Notes: generated by a model not told the origin, from the sequence alone. 64,000 nucleotides of DNA from Acidobacteriota bacterium (GCA_040005235.1 JBDTZG010000002.1:64001-128000), one strand, 5' to 3'; positions 24,585 to 34,595 are shown, counted from the first letter of the stretch. Program-made: numbers and translations.

Positions 24585-25685
24585 ATGTCTCTTAAGGGCT
24601 CGCTTGTCCCTCGGCAACTCCTCCTGGCATTCTTTCTGGCGCCGATGCTTGGTCTTATTTTCACTGCACAGAGTTTCGGCGCTCCCACAGTTGTTCGCGT
24701 CGGCTACCTCCCGGCTACCCACGATGCCCTGCTCTTCGTGGCAAAAGAGTTGAAGCTATTCGATGTCACCAAGGTCGATGTTCAGCTGAAACCGTACGAA
24801 AACTCCGTGCAAATCTTGAATGACTTAAAGAGCGGGCTGCTGGACATCGGAATACCAGGAGTGGCGACGCCTGCCGCCGAAATCGGAGGAAAGGCTCCTC
24901 TGAGCATAATCGGAGGTGCCGCCGCGGAGTCAGCTGCCCTTGTTGTTCAGCCGGAACTTGCCCAGCCGATGGCGAATGCACAGTCGGTCAACGGCAAGGT
25001 TCTTCTACTTAAGGGCAAGAAGGTGGGGGCCGTGCGAGGTTCTACTGGCCTCGCGATATTTAGACAGGCGCTGGTCCATGCGGGTTTGGCCGAGAAATCT
25101 CTCGATGTGCGCAGTTTCTCGAAACCTTCAGAAATTATCAGCGCGCTCGTGACTCATGACCTCGACGCCGGTCTCCTTTGGTCCCCGCATATGACGCTAG
25201 CCGAAGGCAAAGGGCTGCGCATTGGCTTGTGGATGACCGAAGTCCTACCTCACCATGTTTGCTGTCGTCAGGTTGCGAGAGACGACTACCTTGCCAACGA
25301 GTCTGCCGTGGTGGAGTACCTAGCCGGACTTCTCCGGGCAGATCGACTGTTGAGAAAAGCCAGGAACAATCGCGGAGAGAGGGACCGCGTCTTCCAGGCA
25401 ATCCGGAACTACATGCCTACACTCAATGAAAAAGAAATTTCTTTGGAGTTGTTCGATGCGCATCCTCGGACGACTGTAAGCGCAGATATCAGCCGTCAGG
25501 GAATTCATGACTACCTGGAAGCCATGCAAACCGCTGGGCTGATGCGAAAGGACCAGTGCCAGAACGTCGAAGAAAAGGTCAAACCAATCTATCTACAAAA
25601 AGCTTTCGAACGACTCGGCTGCTCAGCCAACGTGGCCAAGTCGTGTGTTGACAAGGGTGCTGCCGCTTGTGAATGTACGAGGTGA
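24585..25685 (+). CDS. NitT/TauT/SsuA-type ABC substrate-binding protein
   Basis: Signal peptide, VRVGYLP..HDA.LFVAKE, LKGKKVG, DAGLLWSP, HVCC. Confidence 0.82.
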   Translation: MSLKGSLVPRQLLLAFFLAPMLGLIFTAQSFGAPTVVRVGYLPATHDALLFVAKELKLFDVTKVDVQLKPYENSVQILNDLKSGLLDIGIPGVATPAAEIGGKAPLSIIGGAAAESAALVVQPELAQPMANAQSVNGKVLLLKGKKVGAVRGSTGLAIFRQALVHAGLAEKSLDVRSFSKPSEIISALVTHDLDAGLLWSPHMTLAEGKGLRIGLWMTEVLPHHVCCRQVARDDYLANESAVVEYLAGLLRADRLLRKARNNRGERDRVFQAIRNYMPTLNEKEISLELFDAHPRTTVSADISRQGIHDYLEAMQTAGLMRKDQCQNVEEKVKPIYLQKAFERLGCSANVAKSCVDKGAAACECTR

Positions 25686-25691
25686 TCTACC

Positions 25692-28421
25692 ATGCGGACA
25701 CTTCGAAAGACTATAACTCAGCTCAGGGCCGACCGTTATCAGCAAATAGCCCTAGCTTGCCTCGGTATAGTAGTTCTCATCGCGGCGCTAGAAACGAGTG
25801 TGACCAACGCGAAGCGCTTGACTCTACCTAGCGATGGATTGGCGCAGGACGCGAGTATCCTAATTGATTTAGTGCCGTCAACCCTCGTTTGGACTGCACC
25901 TTTTCGGTCTGATTGGCCAGGCCGGATCTTTGACTACCGATCCCTCATCATCGCCGCAGGCATCTTCAGTATTTTTCTACTTATCCTTAATGGCGTAAGC
26001 TGGAGTCGTTTGCGGCGCTACCAAGGCCAAATCGAAAGCGATTCCAAACGACGCACTGCCAGCCTCAAAAAGAATCCAATAGGAAGAGAATACGAGATTC
26101 GCCCCCAGCTTCGAAAAGAGGTAGGGCGACGGGAAACCGTGATCGAGCCGCTGATCGGAGGCTGGCTGCTGACAACCCTGGCATGGTTGATACTGGTCGC
26201 CCTCGCAGGAAAATGGGATCCTCAGTGGGGTCGTCCGTTCATGGCGCCTCCCCTCCTCGTTGCTCAGAATCTCCAGATATTTGGGGGAGTACTCCTGCAG
26301 AGCATGCTTCGTAGCAGCTGGCACCTCCTTCAGGGACTTGTTTGGGGAGCGATTGCAGGTGCGTTCCTCGGATTTCTCCTCTCTCATGCCAAATGGCTTC
26401 AGCGCTGGACCGCTTGGCATCTCACCGTGATTTCCGCGCTTCCACCCTTCATCATGATTGAGGTCTTCAAGCAGGTGGCACGTCAACCGCTGTTCCCGTC
26501 TCTTTGGGTGCGGGATGAAGTCGCCTTCAAAAGCGCGATCGCCATGGCGAGTTGGGCTGTCACCTGGCCTGTACTCACTGCGACTGCTCTTGCACTCTCA
26601 AGCATTAACGAGGACTACCGAAATTCTATGCGCCTGCTGGGCGCCAGAACAGCAATTGAGAGGCTCCGGCACATTGATCTTCCCGCCATTGTTCCGGCGG
26701 CACTCTCTAATCTCCGTGTTGGCCTAGTTATTGGCCTGATAGTTCTGCTATTTGGCGAAGCGCAAGGTGGCCCCATAAGCTATCCGACACTTGGGTACTA
26801 CTTCAGTGAATTTACCAGCAACTTCAAGTTGCAGTGCCTAATGGCACTACTAGCGTTTACTAGTCTACTCGTCATCTGCTTTGAAGGAGCAATCCGCCTT
26901 CTCGAAATTCACTTCGTGGTAGGAAGAGATCGCTTCTCTCGAACGCCAGTTCTTGAGAGAGCTTCTCGTGAGAGCGTGGCTGATGAGAGAAGAAGCTGTC
27001 TGGAGGATTTCGAGAGAGAGCGCGAGGTTGTCCTGAAACGATTCCCGGATTTGGCGGCACCAAAAACATCTGCCACAATCGTTATGGCGGACCTTCAAAA
27101 GAGTTACGGACAGCGAATTGCCTTTGAAGTCTTGGGTGAAACCAAGATCAGAGCCGGTGAGTTCGTCTCAGTCCTAGGTCGGTCAGGAGCAGGAAAGTCT
27201 ACACTTCTCAAGCTGCTGCTTGGATTCGAACGGCCCGACGAGGCATCACAACCTGGCATCCTCACAGTCTGCAACGTGGATATGCTGGCCTCAAATACAG
27301 ACCCCAGATCGGCGCTGGACCTCAGGGTCTCATACGTCTCGCAGCATCCTACGCTGCAACCACATAAAACCGTTGAGGAGAATATTCTCTTCGGCATCAA
27401 ACAGCAGTGGCGCCACGCCAATCGCACGAAGGGACTTGGCGATATCCGAAAGCGTTTTTACCTCGCCTACCTCCTTTGGCTCTGCGGTGACCAAGAGCCG
27501 AAGAATTGGCGATGGGGACGAGGTGCAGAACGATGTATCAAGAGTCCGCTCGGCCTTCTTATTCGCTTTCTGGCCCTGGAAGACAAGCTCAGCAGCTACC
27601 CCGCCGAGCTTAGCGGCGGAGAAGCGCAGCGAGTTCATCTACTTCGCTGGCTGAGCCTGGGGCGACCACTTCTAGTAATGGACGAGGCCTTCAGCGCTCT
27701 CGATCAGCCCCTTAAAGGAATGGTACGAGACGCAGTGCATCGGCATGTTAAGATTATGGGAACGACGGTAGTCAACGTTTCCCATGATCGCGCAGATGTC
27801 CTTCAGATTTCTGATCGTATCCTGTTCATTGATGGCCAGCAAATTAGAGACGACGCAGCGCCAAAAGATCTTTACTACGCGCCGCGAACTCGAGATTTAG
27901 CGGTTTTCCTCGGTCATACGAATCTGTTTGAGATCGAGTTCAAGTCCAACGGTGGGCGATCGGTTTCGCTGATCCGTGATGAATATAGGAATTGTAACTT
28001 CAATCCTTTTTTCACATTAGAACTGGGGAGGCCGCTAGCTTCAGTGTGTGAGGTTAGGGGAAACACATCCGAAGGCTCGACTATACAGCTCGATCCTCAG
28101 CCAGGCACACGAGGCCTCATGTTCATTGCTCGTAGCGACGTTAACATCAGGCGTCTCGGTAGGAAATCCCAATTGCCGAGAAGTGCTAACACGTTTCAGG
28201 TTGATGGCCTTCGATTCACGGGCACCCATTACGAGGTGCGACTCACCCGCGAGACCATTACCAGCCCGCTGCGAATCGATTCAGTGATTCAAGACGACGA
28301 TTTGCAGGAGCTTCTGGCGAAGGTTGAGCCCAGTGGCGCGAGTTTTGAGGAGTTGCCAGGCTTGGATGCCGAAGTTTTGATCAGGCAAGGCTTGCTTATC
28401 GCCGACGGGAAAGAGCCATGA
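25692..28421 (+). CDS. Fused ABC permease + ATPase (909 aa)
   Basis: TM region with EAA-like loop (RNSMRLLGA..IDLPA); Walker A GRSGAGKST, signature LSGGE, Walker B VMDE, SHD. Confidence 0.85.
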   Translation: MRTLRKTITQLRADRYQQIALACLGIVVLIAALETSVTNAKRLTLPSDGLAQDASILIDLVPSTLVWTAPFRSDWPGRIFDYRSLIIAAGIFSIFLLILNGVSWSRLRRYQGQIESDSKRRTASLKKNPIGREYEIRPQLRKEVGRRETVIEPLIGGWLLTTLAWLILVALAGKWDPQWGRPFMAPPLLVAQNLQIFGGVLLQSMLRSSWHLLQGLVWGAIAGAFLGFLLSHAKWLQRWTAWHLTVISALPPFIMIEVFKQVARQPLFPSLWVRDEVAFKSAIAMASWAVTWPVLTATALALSSINEDYRNSMRLLGARTAIERLRHIDLPAIVPAALSNLRVGLVIGLIVLLFGEAQGGPISYPTLGYYFSEFTSNFKLQCLMALLAFTSLLVICFEGAIRLLEIHFVVGRDRFSRTPVLERASRESVADERRSCLEDFEREREVVLKRFPDLAAPKTSATIVMADLQKSYGQRIAFEVLGETKIRAGEFVSVLGRSGAGKSTLLKLLLGFERPDEASQPGILTVCNVDMLASNTDPRSALDLRVSYVSQHPTLQPHKTVEENILFGIKQQWRHANRTKGLGDIRKRFYLAYLLWLCGDQEPKNWRWGRGAERCIKSPLGLLIRFLALEDKLSSYPAELSGGEAQRVHLLRWLSLGRPLLVMDEAFSALDQPLKGMVRDAVHRHVKIMGTTVVNVSHDRADVLQISDRILFIDGQQIRDDAAPKDLYYAPRTRDLAVFLGHTNLFEIEFKSNGGRSVSLIRDEYRNCNFNPFFTLELGRPLASVCEVRGNTSEGSTIQLDPQPGTRGLMFIARSDVNIRRLGRKSQLPRSANTFQVDGLRFTGTHYEVRLTRETITSPLRIDSVIQDDDLQELLAKVEPSGASFEELPGLDAEVLIRQGLLIADGKEP

Positions 28422-29839
28422 AGATTCTACTTTTCGCTGTTCTAGCAAGCTTGTCCTATGCGAGCTCCGCACTGGCCTCAAGCGCTTGTGTTGGGAAGGT
28501 ACCGGACTATGTTTTGGTTGGCTCGAGTGGGATGGTATTAACCCAGGAAGCAGAACAACTACCCTGTAGATCGGGATTGGTTCGGCCTATCTGGGATGGC
28601 AAGACAACGCCAGGGGAGATTGTGGTTATCGAAGAAATGGTCGTCCCTAGCTTGGCGCTTTCGCGAGCAGTCGCTACCGCCGGAAGGCTGGAATTTCGAC
28701 GCTGCTTGTTCCCTGACGAGGTCTATCTAAAAGGGGCTGTCGTCGCCTCGATGAGATTTATCGAGTGCGAGTTTCTGGGAAATTTCGACCTAAGGGCGGG
28801 AACCTTCTCTGGGCGAGTCGAAGTGGTGAATTCCCTCTTTCATCAGAACGTCTCTATTGTCGATGCTGTTCTGGACGATCAAATGATATTTAGTGGCTCG
28901 GTCTTTACCGGACTCATCGAATTTGAGCGGACACTTCTGTCCGGCGGTCTACGCATCACAGGCAGCCGCCTTGCGGGTCGCGTCCATGCTATCGGGCTTC
29001 GGTCCCCAGTTGGCCTCTACTTTGAGGGCGATAGATTTTTGAGCGACCTCGAGATCGTTGAACTCGAGACGAGCGGATCCGTACGATTTCGGGATTCCGA
29101 GTGGGATCGATCCTCAGTGATCAGTTTTCTTGGTGGCACTATCGGCGCTGGAGTTCGCTTCGACTCGTGCAGCTTCGACGCTCCTTGGGTAAGCGCTATC
29201 CAAGAAGAGAAGCCATTGATCAGGTTCTCTGATCTCACGGTCGGATCCTCGGTCGTGATCGCGAACGCGACCTCGAGAGTCTTCCCGCGCCTGAAGGTAT
29301 CTCGATGTGTAGTTCCGTTCCTGAAGCTTCCAGAGTGGAGAATTGCGAAGGGAATGTTACTTGACCCCTCCAGCCCACCGATTGATGTCCGTGCGATGGA
29401 AGATGCCGGCGAACTCCTGCAGCTGGCTAAATCGAGCTACGAGCGGGAGGGCCGAACACGCGATGCTATCGAGGTCAACTCTGAGCACCGACTTCTGGTC
29501 GCGAGAATTAGGAGAGGGCCCAGCTTATGGATTTGGGAGGCTTCGAGGTATTTCGGAACGGGAATATGGTGGTTTGTGTTTATTATTCTGTCGTTCGCTT
29601 GTCTTTTTAGTCTCAAGGGCGTAGGTTGGCATCTCTTCGACCGGAAAGAACACCTAGGAGAACGTCTTTATAGAGCTCTCGATCTAAGTGTCAAGGGATT
29701 CTTTAGGGGGCCGCCTGCAGAGTATGCGGGTGTCCCACTGGCGGGGCCTGCACGAAGAGCGCTGATCTTTGAACAACTCCTTGGTATGGCATTTCTATTT
29801 CTTTTTGCGATCGTCAAGAACGAATGGCTGAGGATCTAA
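28418..29839 (+). CDS. Exported beta-helix/pentapeptide-repeat-like protein with C-terminal TM helices
   Basis: Signal peptide; repeated F..c.F.g...F units; hydrophobic C-terminal segments; ATGA overlap with the upstream gene. Confidence 0.6.
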   Translation: MKILLFAVLASLSYASSALASSACVGKVPDYVLVGSSGMVLTQEAEQLPCRSGLVRPIWDGKTTPGEIVVIEEMVVPSLALSRAVATAGRLEFRRCLFPDEVYLKGAVVASMRFIECEFLGNFDLRAGTFSGRVEVVNSLFHQNVSIVDAVLDDQMIFSGSVFTGLIEFERTLLSGGLRITGSRLAGRVHAIGLRSPVGLYFEGDRFLSDLEIVELETSGSVRFRDSEWDRSSVISFLGGTIGAGVRFDSCSFDAPWVSAIQEEKPLIRFSDLTVGSSVVIANATSRVFPRLKVSRCVVPFLKLPEWRIAKGMLLDPSSPPIDVRAMEDAGELLQLAKSSYEREGRTRDAIEVNSEHRLLVARIRRGPSLWIWEASRYFGTGIWWFVFIILSFACLFSLKGVGWHLFDRKEHLGERLYRALDLSVKGFFRGPPAEYAGVPLAGPARRALIFEQLLGMAFLFLFAIVKNEWLRI

Positions 29840-29846
29840 GGTTTCC

Positions 29847-31046
29847 ATGGTAGGCAACGGAGGGACACCGTCTTTGATTCAGAGCCCAGGGGAGAGGTTA
29901 TCCGACTCCAGGCGCATCCGAGTGATCCAGGACTGTTCGGAGATCGCCACAGGAATTTCTGGCGTGAGCGCCCAGAGTCATGAAAGCCTCCTCGTACTCA
30001 GTTGGGAGTTACTCTTCCTTGAGAGACACTTAGAGACCGTGCTTGGGGCCGTCCGCGGACGCGGTGCAGGCGCACGCGTTGGCTTCACCTCGGCGAAGGA
30101 AGCGGGGCTATCTTGGGTGAGCGGAGAGATCCTGGAGCGCATCGAAGCCAACAGCGTCGCTGTGGCGGAACTGGGAGGCGTGGCAGAGCTTCGAAGGGTT
30201 TGGATTGAACGTGCCAAAATAGGTCATTGGGATTCGGAGTGGCGCGAGGTTGGCTTGAGATCAACGGAGTATTTCTCGGACTACGAGATGAACATCCGTT
30301 GTTGGATCCCAGGTTACGAGCACCTCATTGATATGTGTGCGGCTGCCGTTGAAACAGAGCTGCTCACTTTGTTGGTAGCGCACGGAGGCATGCCACGGGT
30401 CCTCGAGGTAGGCTTTGGAACCGGAGCGTTAAGCGCGAAGCTGGTTCATTGGATCGGTCAGGTCAATACTCCCTTTTCATTGTTGGGAAGGCCGTTCCCG
30501 ATTGGCAGATTCATCGGCGTCGATGCTGCGCCGCAAATGCTCTCTAGGATCGAAGAAACCACGATTGGTGGGCCATACTCCGAGGCAGAGTTCTTACATG
30601 GAAAGGCATTCGACGAGATTTCAGAGGAAGTAAGAATGGGCGCACCTTTCGGGGTGATCTGTGGCTCGCTCGTGCTGCATGATATCTTGGGGGAGGAAGC
30701 TAGCAAGACGTTCGGTCGATTTCTTGAAGCAGCGAAGAGCCTACTAACGGACGAAGGGACTCTCGTATTTGCGGATTGCTTTGCAGATAGCAGGCCTGGA
30801 ATCCAGGACCGCCAGGTCCGGAGCTGGTTGGAGTCGATGCTCGGGATTGGGCTGTCGCAGAGCGTTGTCGAGCACTTCCTCTCCTGCAACCCTGAAATGG
30901 TTAACCCGGTGAGCCGACAGCGTGTCTCGGAGGTCGCAGCACGTTTTGGATTTCAACCTCCTGAGTTTCGCGTGTGGGAGGAGGAATCAGGGGCGCAGTC
31001 ACAGGAGTACTTTTCTGTGATGATCCTCCGGCGGTCGGGCTCGTGA
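29847..31046 (+). CDS. Class I SAM-dependent methyltransferase with unknown N-terminal domain
   Basis: RVLEVGFGTG, GVDAAPQML, SLVLHD. Confidence 0.8.
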   Translation: MVGNGGTPSLIQSPGERLSDSRRIRVIQDCSEIATGISGVSAQSHESLLVLSWELLFLERHLETVLGAVRGRGAGARVGFTSAKEAGLSWVSGEILERIEANSVAVAELGGVAELRRVWIERAKIGHWDSEWREVGLRSTEYFSDYEMNIRCWIPGYEHLIDMCAAAVETELLTLLVAHGGMPRVLEVGFGTGALSAKLVHWIGQVNTPFSLLGRPFPIGRFIGVDAAPQMLSRIEETTIGGPYSEAEFLHGKAFDEISEEVRMGAPFGVICGSLVLHDILGEEASKTFGRFLEAAKSLLTDEGTLVFADCFADSRPGIQDRQVRSWLESMLGIGLSQSVVEHFLSCNPEMVNPVSRQRVSEVAARFGFQPPEFRVWEEESGAQSQEYFSVMILRRSGS

Positions 31047-31095
31047 GTATCTTGCCGCCTAGTGGCCAGCTGACCTGCCGATACTGGAGCCGGAG

Positions 31096-32356
31096 TTGAA
31101 GCTCATGACGGGCCTTGTCCTACCTGCGCGACCGGTCCACATCGAATTCACGACTCTTTACGGTGCAGCACTAGGCCTTGAGGCTAGTGTGATTCGACGC
31201 GAAGGGCTGCCACTGAGCAGGCTTCTGTCGCTCAGTCAGTTCGTTGAATCACTGGTTGTACATGAGAGACTTCAGTTCGAACTCGCCGAGACCCCGGAAT
31301 GGCGTCCTTATCGTGACTCCCTCAAGCAGACGATGCTCTACGACTTAGTAAAGGACCGGACTCTTCCCCTCAGTCCAACCCCGAGCTTGGCCGATGCGTC
31401 GCCGGAAGCCGTGATTCAAGCTGCATCGTGGGCGATTGAACTTGTGCCGAAGCTTCCTCTTCAAGCACTCGAATGGGCAATCAGATTTAGGCCGGGTACG
31501 TATGACACGGTCTCTATAGTGAAAGATGATCGAAAGAACCCAGTGACGGAGCGATATTTCCACTTGATCCGCCAGTCGGGCGACGCCGACTTGGTGTCTC
31601 GCTTCAACACTGGCGTTCGCTATCTTGGGGCAAATGAGGTAGATCCTTTGGCCCTTTTTGTTCTGATGCGTCTCAGCCTGCTCGAAGGAACGCTTCTAGC
31701 AGCGACCGATGCCAACTATGAACCGCACTATTCAAGGCAACCGCTACTTGTCGCGTCCAATGATCGATCAACTCAGGTGCAAAGTTGGACGATGGAGCAG
31801 CTCGCCGAGAAGCGCGGAGAGCTACTCGAACAAAACGAACCCGGCCGGGCAAAGCACCTTCTGGACTCATACCTTTCGCCGGTTTTCCTCAGCTTGTGTT
31901 TCTTCGGCGCAGACTCCCTACGAGATTCTCACGCGCGCAATCGAACTCCGCGAGTCTAGAGCCGCAAAAGCTTACAGAGCGGAGTGTGGGGATCTTGCGG
32001 AACAAGTAAGAGCGAAAGGGGAACAAGCAATCCAGAAATACAAGGCGCGGATACGAATTAAGATCGATGATCTCCGGAAGTTTCTTTTCGAGCATGAGGT
32101 CAAAGCAGAGATTTCGCAGAACTGGGCCTTGGCGCTGGGACTTAGGGTGCCTTTGGAGTGGGGGATCAGCTGGAGACAATCTAGGCCTGCCGTGTCCCAT
32201 TCGGGGGACCAAGCTGTCATTTTTCTTTCGGAGGTGCTGTCTCAGGCATTGGGAGTGTTGCATGCGGAGCAGCACGTTAGGCGGATTTTCGGCCTCGACA
32301 CTCACTATGACACCTTCTTGATCAGCTGCGCTGCTCGGCGTGATAGGCGGCAGTGA
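31096..32356 (+). pseudogene. Hypothetical ~420-aa protein split by a frameshift near 31890
   Basis: ORFs 31096-31959 and 31709-32356 join as LSPVFL|ACVSSAQTPYEILTRAIELR if one base is removed. Confidence 0.65.
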
Positions 32357-32511
32357 GTATGCGTGAGCGGCTGGGGGACGGGAAATAGGTGCTGCGGCAA
32401 TAGGTGCCACCCTCTTCTGAGAGGTGGTCCAAGGGTGGCGAACTCGGGTCGGCAAGTCCCTTGCCGGCTATCGGCGCGGCTAGCGGGGTGCATCAAGGCC
32501 GCGGGCCTGTG

Positions 32512-32541
32512 AGGCCTGGGTGGGTGTACCCACTCAGGCCT
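32512..32541. repeat. Inverted repeat/hairpin at the right end of the AT-richer island
   Basis: AGGCCTGGGTGGG-TGTA-CCCACTCAGGCCT. Confidence 0.6.
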
Positions 32542-32691
32542 ACCCGGCACCCAGGATCGCGGACCGGCCAAGCGGCTGGATGCCGGTCTCCAATCGCCGT
32601 TGGGCGGCCTCGGCGACGATCCCTTCGAGAAGATCGGTGATCCGTGCCTTATGCTCCTTCGCCGGGAGGTCAACGCTGGAGGTCGATCGAA

Positions 32692-32952
32692 ATGAAGGTT
32701 GCCGCCTTGCAGAAATCCGCTGCCGAGACTCCCCACCTCTTCGGAGGCGGAGAGCCGGTTCTCGTCACACGGCAGGGCAAGATCTCAGGGCTTTACGTGC
32801 CGCTCGAGGACCCGGATCATTTGCCTTCGAACCTCCGGCGCGATCTGCTGACGGCGGTCGGCAGGTACGTGGCTGAACTCCAGGAGGACATGGGGGTATC
32901 GGAAGAGGAGATCCTTGAAGACGTCAGAGCTTTCCGCAGGCGTCGTCGCTGA
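32692..32952 (+). CDS. Phd/YefM-like antitoxin
   Basis: GGAGG RBS; GEPVLVTRQGKISG motif; overlaps a PIN remnant. Confidence 0.7.
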   Translation: MKVAALQKSAAETPHLFGGGEPVLVTRQGKISGLYVPLEDPDHLPSNLRRDLLTAVGRYVAELQEDMGVSEEEILEDVRAFRRRRR

Positions 32953-33101
32953 CGCGAACGTCCTGGAATGATGCCCACCCTCTTGCGCTGGCCCTCTTGC
33001 TCTCGCTGCCGCTCTGGTCAAACGACTCGGATCTGGCAGAGGTCGGAGTGGACTGCTACACGACAGCCCGGCTGCTGAAAGCTCTTTCCTCCTCGCCTTG
33101 A
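32915..33101 (+). pseudogene. PIN toxin with internal deletion
   Basis: VVADANVL is joined out of frame to NDAHPLALALLLSLPLWSNDSDL...YTTARLL*. Confidence 0.7.
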
Positions 33102-33201
33102 CTCAGCGGCACGTTCATCACCTGTCCTGGAGTTCGAGACCCTGTCAGACTCTGTCCTGTAGGGTTAGACGACGCAGGTTGGGAGTGGTAGCCTTTTCGC
33201 C

Positions 33202-33411
33202 ATGCGAAACTTCACCGCCGTTGTTGAGAAAGACGCCGACACGGGCCTGTACGTTGGTCACGTGCCCGGCTGGCCCGGCGCTCACTCGCAGGGAGAGACG
33301 ATGGACGAGCTTCGACTGAACCTCGAGGAAGTCATCGCCATGCTCTTGGAGGCCGGTGAGCCCAGGCTTCATTCGGAGTTCGTCGGCACCCAGACCCTCA
33401 AGGTCGCCTGA
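33202..33411 (+). CDS. hicB: HicB antitoxin
   Basis: FTAVVEKD..TGLYVGHVPGWPGAHSQGET.DEL..NLEEVI. Confidence 0.9.
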   Translation: MRNFTAVVEKDADTGLYVGHVPGWPGAHSQGETMDELRLNLEEVIAMLLEAGEPRLHSEFVGTQTLKVA

Positions 33412-33412
33412 G

Positions 33413-33639
33413 GTGGGCGACTTACCCGTTCTCAAGCCCAGGGAGGTCGTTGCGATTCTGAAGGGTCTTGGGTTTGTAGAGGTCAGGCAGCGCGGTTCGC
33501 AAAAGCAGTTCCAACATTCGGACGGTCGTGTGACCACGGTGCCGTTTCATCAAGGCCGCGGGACATCTCGCCGTCTCTTCTCCGAAAGATCGCTCAAGAC
33601 ATTGGCCTGGATGCCCGCGATTTCATTGCCCGCCGTTGA
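33413..33639 (+). pseudogene. hicA: HicA toxin, frameshifted and with catalytic His changed to Gln
   Basis: LGFVEVRQRGSQKQF (normally GSH); the C-terminus DISPSLLRKIAQDIGL is out of frame after ~33558. Confidence 0.8.
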
Positions 33640-33685
33640 AAGGAGGTCGCGCCGTGAGGCATTGGAGGCGCGAATCTCTTTCTGC

Positions 33686-33823
33686 TCAGACGTTTGACCC
33701 GAATGGGTCCGGTGGGCGACAGGGAACCGTCCCGCGCTGCTTAGCGTCGAGGATTGGCAGGGTGCTCCGTCCTCCGAGCAAACAACGGATCCAGATGTTG
33801 GTGTCGATGACGATCTTCAGCAC
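33686..33823 (-). pseudogene. Truncated PIN toxin
   Basis: GTG start, MLKIVIDTNIWIRCLL..., stops after 45 aa. Confidence 0.65.
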
Positions 33824-34083
33824 GGCGTGCGAAGGCGCGCTCGGCGGATCGCGTTGACTTCAGTCTGGATCTCGGCGTCGGAGATGTCGTCGACCGGCGG
33901 CTTATTGGCCAGGTTCAGGATGAGTTTCTCGAGGCGGGCGTCCATCTCGCTTTCCGCCAGCGTCTGGGCGACCCATGAACGCGCCGTCGCATCGAGCCCT
34001 CGGATCACCTCGAGTACCTGCTCCAAGCTGAGATCGGAGCCTGCGGCATGCCTCTCGGTTTCGGCACTCACGGGTTGTGGCAT
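33817..34083 (-). CDS. Putative antitoxin (partner of the truncated PIN)
   Basis: GGAGG RBS; DISDAEIQTEVNAIR C-terminus; overlaps the PIN start. Confidence 0.6.
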   Translation of the reverse strand: MPQPVSAETERHAAGSDLSLEQVLEVIRGLDATARSWVAQTLAESEMDARLEKLILNLANKPPVDDISDAEIQTEVNAIRRARLRTPC

Positions 34084-34122
34084 GGCGACCCTCCTTCAGG
34101 GATCGACGATAGCATTCCGAGG

Positions 34123-34324
34123 TCACAGCTCGGTGGTCTCGCCGACGCGCAAGGCGGAGAGCGCCTTTTCAGCCAGGGAGTCTAGTCAGCCGGCAGCAAC
34201 ATCGCCTTCGAACTGGACATCCCAAGCTACCGCGTCGATGGGCTGCGAACCGAGACCGAAATGCCGCCAGCTCTTCCGGCGAGAGCGTCTCGGTTCCCCG
34301 CTCCAAAGCTTGAACTCGGCTCAT
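34123..34324 (-). pseudogene. Small antitoxin-like gene with frameshift and internal stop
   Basis: MSRVQALE..LSPEELAAFR.. / DAVAWDVQFEGDVAAG*LDSLAEKAL..TTEL. Confidence 0.6.
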
Positions 34325-34327
34325 GGC

Positions 34328-34540
34328 TCACGCGGCCACTTCGATCAGCTCGATGGACGAAGCGGGAGCTGGAATCGGCAGCCCGTCTTCGCGCAGACCT
34401 TCTAAGTGAAATTCGATGGCCTCCTGGATCAATCGCATGACTTCGGTTCGCTTTTCTCCGACGGCGATACAGCCCGGCAGGTCTGGAACGTACGCCCCGT
34501 AACTGGCCGGTCCTTTCTCGATGACGACTGCGTATTGCAA
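34328..34540 (-). CDS. hicB: HicB antitoxin (orphan; only a QAGLK* HicA tail remains upstream)
   Basis: YAVVIEKG..SYGAYVPDLPGCIAVG..IQEAIEFHLEGL; AGGAGG RBS, TTG start. Confidence 0.88.
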   Translation of the reverse strand: MQYAVVIEKGPASYGAYVPDLPGCIAVGEKRTEVMRLIQEAIEFHLEGLREDGLPIPAPASSIELIEVAA

Positions 34541-34595
34541 TTCAGCACCTCCTACTTCAATCCGGCCTGCGCCGCCTGGAAAGAGCGTCGAAGAC

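Noticed and set aside
24499-24753. 84-aa ORF overlapping the SBP start
   Set aside because: It overlaps the better-supported SBP gene in another frame and has no recognisable features.
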